This document shows, piece by piece, positions 58,636 to 64,000 of a stretch of 64,000 nucleotides of DNA. The translations under genes and the position numbers were made by a program. Below the pieces are notes generated by a model. It was not told where the DNA came from, searched no databases, and worked only from the letters and a program-made list of their open reading frames with translations. Position 1 is the stretch's first letter; each line of letters begins with the position of its first letter. This DNA comes from Desulfobacterales bacterium (lineage in GTDB: Bacteria; Desulfobacterota; Desulfobacteria; Desulfobacterales; UBA5852): assembly GCA_963674755.2 (NCBI GenBank), contig CAXXVS010000003.1:864001-928000 (forward strand), given 5' to 3'.

Positions 58636-59984
58636 GGATGGGATTTCCTTTCTCGCAAGTCATGAATCCGTCTTTTGGCGGATCCTGTCGAAGCCGTCGT
58701 TCGGCCCAGGGCCGGACGGATGCCGACGGTCAGCAAGCCTGCCGCCTGTGCGGAACAAATGGCCGGCAGTGAGACCACTGCCTGCTCGATGCGTTTTCGC
58801 AGAGACGCGAACGCTTCCGTTTCCCGGACCTCAACCCATAGCATCAAATGGGCGCCCTCTTCGGCCGGGTGAATCTCGGCTCCGTAGTCGAGGACACCGT
58901 CGATCCTGAAAAGCGCTTCGTCCAGGTGGCCGATCAGAAGGGGAGGCGAATTTTCTCCCAGTGAAAGATGGTCATGCCAGCGGCCCTGGACCGTGTCCAG
59001 GGTTCGTAAGGCCGTCCCACAGGGGCAGGGCTGCAGTTTAAACGCGGCCCGGTCACCGGTGCAATAGCGAATGAGGGGCATCCCCTCCCGGGTCAGGGTG
59101 GTAAAGACGATGTCGCCCGGGTGGCCGTCAGGTACCGGCCGGCGGGTCCGGGGATCGACGATCTCCACCAGCAGGTCTGCTTCCCGGACATGGTAACCGC
59201 AGCGGGCGGCGCATTCCACGGCACCGCCCAGCCCCATTTCGGTCATGCCGTAGTGCTTGAAGACCCGGCAGTCCCATTCCGTTTCAAGGGCGGCAACGGT
59301 GGTCTCGGGCACATAGTCCGTGGTGAGCAGAACGTTGCGGATGCGGCCGGCCAGGCGAGGACCGTCTTCATGACGGGCCATGGCCAGCACCTGGACCGGA
59401 ATGCCCACCAGGCAGTCGATGCCTTCATCCAGGGCCGCTTGGATAGCGGCTTGCGGATCGCGCACCGGACCGTGAACGATGCCGCGGACGTCCATGCGGG
59501 CCAGGGCTCTGATGAGCAGATCGCCCACGCTGCCCGGGAGCTGCCCCGGCATCAGAATCAGCACCCGCTGGCCCGGTCCCACCAGGGTCGACATGCCGTG
59601 CTGGAAGAAATCCACGGTCAGCTCCAGGTCCGCGTCCGTGAAAAAGAGACGTTTGGGGGCGCCCGTGGTGCCGGAGGTCTCCAGGGTCACGGCGCGTGCG
59701 ATGCGGTCCCGGGAAACGCAGAGCAGGGCCAGGGGATCCCGGCGCAGATCGGCAGCGGTGGTGACGGGCAGGGCCGCCAGATCGTCCAGGGATCCCAGCG
59801 GCAGGGACAGATCCGCCAGGTGCCTGCGGTAAAACGGGCTGTTTTGACGGACGTGGGCCAGGGTGAGGTTGAGGGCCGCCAGCTGGTAGCGGGCCAGGTC
59901 GTTCCGCTGCAGGGGGCGTGCCCCGGACTGACCGATCCTGCGGTGGGTCCATCGGTCGAGGGGTGTTGTGGTGTAGGACGTCAT
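58632..59984 (-). CDS. DVU_1553-family AMP-dependent CoA ligase (PaaK-like)
   Basis: TSGTTGAPK, HYGMTE, PLIRYCTGD. Confidence 0.87.
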   Translation of the reverse strand: MTSYTTTPLDRWTHRRIGQSGARPLQRNDLARYQLAALNLTLAHVRQNSPFYRRHLADLSLPLGSLDDLAALPVTTAADLRRDPLALLCVSRDRIARAVTLETSGTTGAPKRLFFTDADLELTVDFFQHGMSTLVGPGQRVLILMPGQLPGSVGDLLIRALARMDVRGIVHGPVRDPQAAIQAALDEGIDCLVGIPVQVLAMARHEDGPRLAGRIRNVLLTTDYVPETTVAALETEWDCRVFKHYGMTEMGLGGAVECAARCGYHVREADLLVEIVDPRTRRPVPDGHPGDIVFTTLTREGMPLIRYCTGDRAAFKLQPCPCGTALRTLDTVQGRWHDHLSLGENSPPLLIGHLDEALFRIDGVLDYGAEIHPAEEGAHLMLWVEVRETEAFASLRKRIEQAVVSLPAICSAQAAGLLTVGIRPALGRTTASTGSAKRRIHDLRERKSHP

Positions 59985-61360
59985 GTCCGGTAGAGCCTCT
60001 GGCCCCGGCTGCTGGTGAGGTTGTAAAGGCAAAAGGGCACCAGCCGGGTATCCGGCGCCATAACGTGGATACAGCAGTCGCGCACCCGCTCCAGGTCCAG
60101 GTTCCAGACATCCTGGAAGGCCATGGCGGAAACGGCCAGCATATGGGTTTTGGCTCGCCGGAGAAAGGCGTCCAGATCAAGGGGGTCGCCAAGTGTGTTA
60201 TCGTCGGGAGGTTGTCGCTGGAAGCCGGAGGCGCAGGCACACGGCTGGGGGGCTGACCATTGCCGGGCCACCGCGCCGATGGCATGGGCCGCCCCTATTT
60301 CGGCATTGACCGGTTGGGGGCAGCACGACCCGGACCAGGGGCCGCCCACGGGCCGGACGGATCGGTCGGGCATCACCATGAAGTTGGCGCTGAAGCTGCA
60401 CAGGGCATTTTCACATCCGGGCGGTGAAAAGTGGGCGGCCTGGAAAGCGCCTTCCGACTGAGCCTCGATCAGCCGCATGAGCCGGGGCAGGGTAATGCGG
60501 TCCGCATCCGCCGGCGGATGGGGGTAGCGGCCGAAGTAACTGACCGGCTGGAAGTGGACCGCGCGTACCACCGGGGAGTGCGCCACGGCCAGCCTGAGGA
60601 TATTGCCGATGTCCTGATCGTTGACTCCGGGCACGAGGGTGGGTACCAGCACGACCCCGATCCGGTGGCGTCCGCAGGCCGCGATGGCCGCCCGTTTGTC
60701 TTCCAGGAGGGCGCGGCCCCGCAGCCGGCGGCAGATGGCATCGTTGGTACCGTCGAACTGGAGAAAGACCGAGGACAGACCGGCGGCTTTAAGGTCCCGC
60801 ACGAAGGCCGGATCCCGGGCCAGGCGCAGGCCGTTGGTGTTGATCTGGAGGAAGCCGAACCCGGCCTCCCGGCCCATGGCCACGATTTGCGGCAGGTCGT
60901 CCCGGACGGTGGGCTCCCCGCCGGAAAGTTGGATGTTGCTGCCGGTGCCGGCCCGGCGGGCGGCCGCATACCATTCGGCGATCGTATCGAGGGACGGATC
61001 GGCGCTGTCCTGTTGGCCGGCATCGGCATAGCATACCGGGCAGGCCAGGTTGCAGCGCTGGGTGACTTCCAGAATGATGGTGCAGGAGCGCTGGCGGTGA
61101 TCCGGACACAGGCCGCAGTCGAAGGGGCAGCCCTTGTCCACCGGCCGGGCGCAATGGGGCGGACGGGTGGGGATCTTGGGCCGCTGCCAGCTAATGAAGG
61201 CCGGTTCGCCATCCCAGATCCGGGCGGCAAAAAAGCCGTGTTCCGGGCAGGTTTTTTCCAGATAGACCGCCGGGCCGCTTATGACCCGGCGGGCCTCCAG
61301 ACGCGCCAGGCAGACCGGACAAAGGCTTGCGGTGGGTTGGGAAGAAGGATGGGAGGACAT
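59981..61360 (-). CDS. trsS: Radical SAM protein TrsS (DVU_1554-like), Cys form
   Basis: CPVC..CPEHG, CPFDCGLC, CNLACPVC, SGGEP, DCCIH, PFCLYN. Confidence 0.85.
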   Translation of the reverse strand: MSSHPSSQPTASLCPVCLARLEARRVISGPAVYLEKTCPEHGFFAARIWDGEPAFISWQRPKIPTRPPHCARPVDKGCPFDCGLCPDHRQRSCTIILEVTQRCNLACPVCYADAGQQDSADPSLDTIAEWYAAARRAGTGSNIQLSGGEPTVRDDLPQIVAMGREAGFGFLQINTNGLRLARDPAFVRDLKAAGLSSVFLQFDGTNDAICRRLRGRALLEDKRAAIAACGRHRIGVVLVPTLVPGVNDQDIGNILRLAVAHSPVVRAVHFQPVSYFGRYPHPPADADRITLPRLMRLIEAQSEGAFQAAHFSPPGCENALCSFSANFMVMPDRSVRPVGGPWSGSCCPQPVNAEIGAAHAIGAVARQWSAPQPCACASGFQRQPPDDNTLGDPLDLDAFLRRAKTHMLAVSAMAFQDVWNLDLERVRDCCIHVMAPDTRLVPFCLYNLTSSRGQRLYRT

Positions 61361-61372
61361 CAGGGCGTCGGC

Positions 61373-61816
61373 TCAGGCGGCATAGGGATCGACGTCATTG
61401 GCCATCAGGATTTCCATGGCCTTGGCAAAGGTTTCCGCCACGATGCCGCCACAGCGCTGGCGGGCGGCGGCCGGGCCGTCTTCGCCGGTGATGGTCTCGC
61501 AGGCGCTGCCGCCGTAGCGGGCCCCCACCTGCTGGTCGAACCAGTCGGCCAGCTCGTTCAGCATGAAGAAAAGGCGGTCCGATTCGCTTTCCGTATCACT
61601 CCCCTTGGCGGCATACAGGGCCAGCAGACAGCACCCGCCTGTCAGCGCGCCGCAGGTGGCCCGCCCGCTGCCGCACCCGTAGGCCGGGCCCGCCATGGCG
61701 CGCACAAGGGCCGGATTGTCTTCTCCGCGGGCTTCCAGGGCCAGCTGGACAATGATCTGACTGCAGTAGTAGCCCTGAGCCGCCAGTTGCAGCATGCGGA
61801 TCCGGGTATCATCCAT
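61373..61816 (-). CDS. DVU_1555-family C-GCAxxG-C-C protein
   Basis: YCSQ, TCGALTGG, CETI, RCGGIV. Confidence 0.85.
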   Translation of the reverse strand: MDDTRIRMLQLAAQGYYCSQIIVQLALEARGEDNPALVRAMAGPAYGCGSGRATCGALTGGCCLLALYAAKGSDTESESDRLFFMLNELADWFDQQVGARYGGSACETITGEDGPAAARQRCGGIVAETFAKAMEILMANDVDPYAA

Positions 61817-62519
61817 GGGGGGGTCTCCTTTTTTGGCACACCAGCAGGCCGTAGCCCGGCCGTCCGGTCGCTCCGGAACCCGGGCGGCAAGTGGCGCACC
61901 AGAGATCCGTGACCGGAATACCGTCCCAGACCAGCTTGGCGGCCAACCGCTTGAGGTGCTCCGAATGGTCCTCCCAAAGGCTGAGCGCAAACCCGGCATT
62001 CGCTACCCGCTGCTCAAGTCCGTGGCGGGTAAGCGCGCCGGCCAAGCAGCCACGTCCGGCGGGGGGCGGTGTCACGTCCGGCGGTCCGCATGACCGCCAG
62101 TAGAGATCGGCCACTACCAGATGCCCGCCCGGTCTCAGGACGCGGTAAAATTCCGACAAGGCCTTTTGATGATTTGATAGAAGGGACAGGACGCATTCGC
62201 AAAACACGGCGCTAAACAGGCCCGAGGCAAATGGCAGGCGTGCGCCGTCCCCCCGGACCAGAGGCAGGGCGGGGTAACCCTCCTGAGCTTCGGCCAGCAG
62301 CAGAGTGGCGGCATCGATCCCGACGGCGGCGGCTCTAAAATGGTTTTGCAAAAAAGCGGCCGTGGTCCCGATCCCGCAACCCACATCCAGCACCCGGTCC
62401 CCGGTTGCAAATTCGCAGAAGCGCGCCGCGCGCTCGGTCAGTTTCAGCCCCCCGGGCCGCAGGGCCGGGCCGATGGCTTTCCGCAGGGCGGGGGATTCGT
62501 ATGGTTGAGAGAGCTGCAT
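61809..62519 (-). CDS. DVU_1556-family SAM-dependent methyltransferase
   Basis: LRPGGLKLT, VLDVGCG, CECVLS, VLRPGG, RPGYGLL. Confidence 0.85.
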   Translation of the reverse strand: MQLSQPYESPALRKAIGPALRPGGLKLTERAARFCEFATGDRVLDVGCGIGTTAAFLQNHFRAAAVGIDAATLLLAEAQEGYPALPLVRGDGARLPFASGLFSAVFCECVLSLLSNHQKALSEFYRVLRPGGHLVVADLYWRSCGPPDVTPPPAGRGCLAGALTRHGLEQRVANAGFALSLWEDHSEHLKRLAAKLVWDGIPVTDLWCATCRPGSGATGRPGYGLLVCQKRRPPHG

Positions 62520-62632
62520 ATGCGGTTTTCTCTTCTGCTACCGGCAATTAATCTTACCGTTTTTCATTTTGACGCACATCGGAATAGTTGTAATTTATAA
62601 TGGGATATACTTCGTTGTTATTTTTTACATCG

Positions 62633-62884
62633 TTCATTTTCTTCCACGTGGAAGAAAACGAAGCAATCACGCCTCGGCGTGACAGGCTTCAGACGCCCGT
62701 GTCCCGCGGCCCCTGCGGGGCTGCCCTGCGCGTCGTCGACACGGCCGGAGCACGCGGAAACGCGCCCGCCTTCGCCAAGGCTACGACGGACTCAAACCCG
62801 CCTGCGGTAAGCCTTCGGCGGACAAGCAGGCCGCGCGCTTTGACCCGGTCGCATCAACGATGCTCGGCGCGGGACAAAAGGAAG
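62633..62884. repeat. Repeat family B, copy 2, with nested mini-hairpin insertions
   Basis: Collinear with 21040-21207 plus four extra hairpin segments. Confidence 0.85.
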
Positions 62885-63060
62885 CAAACTCATCACCTCG
62901 TCTTCTATGCTGAGGTACCTTAACTTTGATGCAATCGTAAATCACCATAAAAGCATTTTTATATCCCAGAAATGGCGGGGATTCAGTCGTATCAATAAGT
63001 TCTGAACTCATTTTTTCGTCGAGGAGACAGATTCCATCAAACCTGAGCGTAATTCAATTT

Positions 63061-63093
63061 AAATAAATGCGGATCTTTGATCTGCATTTATTT
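63061..63093 (-). terminator. AT-rich hairpin overlapping the DVU_1557-like stop codon
   Basis: AAATAAATGCGGATC-TTT-GATCTGCATTTATTT (15-bp arms, 1 mismatch). Confidence 0.35.
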
Positions 63094-63300
63094 ATCTTCC
63101 AGGATCTGTTCTACTTCGGCCATCTTCCCGGTGGCCACCGCTTCGGTGATGAGGACCGTCCTGCAGGTGGGGCAATAGGGCAGGTCCGTGGTGAAGCGGT
63201 TGTTCATATAGGTCACTGCCACCTGCCCCACCACCAGATCACAATCACAGGTGCCGCAGCGCCATTGCAGATCCTCCGGCCGCACGTTGTCGTTTTTCAT
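63088..63300 (-). CDS. DVU_1557-family small Cys-rich redox protein
   Basis: WRCGTC..CPTC..GKMAEVEQILEDK. Confidence 0.85.
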   Translation of the reverse strand: MKNDNVRPEDLQWRCGTCDCDLVVGQVAVTYMNNRFTTDLPYCPTCRTVLITEAVATGKMAEVEQILEDK

Positions 63301-64000
63301 GGCCCCGGCACCTCCATGCGGTGGGCGTAGGCGTTGTGGATGCGGTAGCCGTCGTCCAATGGTGAATATTCCACCCAGAAAGTGGCCTGATAGGGGCGGA
63401 AGCAGGCCAGCCAATGGCCGCTGTCCGGGTGGTGGAAGGCCTGGCCGCCCTTTTGGACATGGCGGAGGACCTTCTCGATATCTTCTCTCAGGATGCGGCG
63501 GGCGTCCAGCAGATCCACGACCGTCGAATCCATTTGCAGGACCAGGGGCGTTCCGGCGGCAGCCGACGGTTCGTTCCAGAGCTCACGAGCCAGGTGTTCC
63601 CTGAGCCGCAGGCGGTTTTCCCGCCGCCGGGACCAGCCCGGCCGCGGCCGGGCCGACGGATCGGTCTGATTCGGGTCCGGGAAAAGCAGGTCCAGCAGGT
63701 GGAGAGATCGCTTGTCCACGGCGGCCAGGTTGTCCCGGCACATGGCGCAATAGGCCAGGTAATCCAGGCCGCTGCGGCTGCCCCGCTTTTCGGCCACCTC
63801 CCGGGCCAGGGCCGGATTGGCATTCTGCATCAGGCCGCCGAAGCCGCAGCATTCGGTATGCGCCCGCCCCAGTTGGAGTTCTTCATAGGGCACCCCCATG
63901 CGCGCCAGGAGGCGCCGGGCAGCGTCCTGAACCGTTTCTTCACCGCGGGTGGTGCAGGGGTCGTGCACGGCCAAAGGGACTTGGCGGGGCTGAAGGCGGT
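63297..64000 (-). CDS. C-terminal part of a DVU_1558-like CCG-domain Fe-S oxidoreductase (truncated by window)
   Basis: HDPC, ECCGFGG, YCAMC, TFWVEY, NAYAHRM. Confidence 0.8.
   Translation of the reverse strand, partial: RLQPRQVPLAVHDPCTTRGEETVQDAARRLLARMGVPYEELQLGRAHTECCGFGGLMQNANPALAREVAEKRGSRSGLDYLAYCAMCRDNLAAVDKRSLHLLDLLFPDPNQTDPSARPRPGWSRRRENRLRLREHLARELWNEPSAAAGTPLVLQMDSTVVDLLDARRILREDIEKVLRHVQKGGQAFHHPDSGHWLACFRPYQATFWVEYSPLDDGYRIHNAYAHRMEVPGP

Noticed and set aside
59981..62519. Selenocysteine recoding in TrsS or neighbouring genes
   Set aside because: Reading frames are open with Cys codons; no in-frame TGA
1..64000. CRISPR array, tRNA/rRNA, prophage, known defence systems
   Set aside because: No regularly spaced direct repeats, RNA gene signatures or hallmark proteins seen by eye

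Overview
GC-rich bacterial chromosome segment. Gene content (DVU_1551-1558-type cluster, hybrid PAS kinase, palindromic intergenic repeats) suggests a sulfate-reducing Desulfobacterota; this is inference. Layout: (1) 0-15.8 kb metabolic and signalling genes. (2) ~15.9-24.5 kb AT-rich accessory island with degenerate attC-like sites, group II intron relics and gene fragments. (3) 25-41 kb housekeeping-type genes, including FMN riboswitch-ribB, an ABC transporter, an E1 alpha/beta pair without E2/E3, and mgtE with a possible Pro-rich leader ORF. (4) 41.8-53.3 kb, the best candidate for an undescribed system: ECF sigma, a zinc-free anti-sigma with a subtilase-propeptide-like tail, an S8 protease, a predicted outer-membrane beta-barrel and four secreted Ig-fold proteins. 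These are tied together by an unnamed ~100-aa domain shared by three proteins, an F(Q/R)TLT motif shared by anti-sigma and protease, and three copies of a TGAACYTTTT-N14-AC promoter-like motif. (5) 55.8-64 kb radical SAM TrsS / XdhC / DVU_1551-1558 operon, cut off by the window end. No rRNA, tRNA, CRISPR array, integrase or intact transposase was seen. All family calls come from reading motifs by eye; no database search was run.
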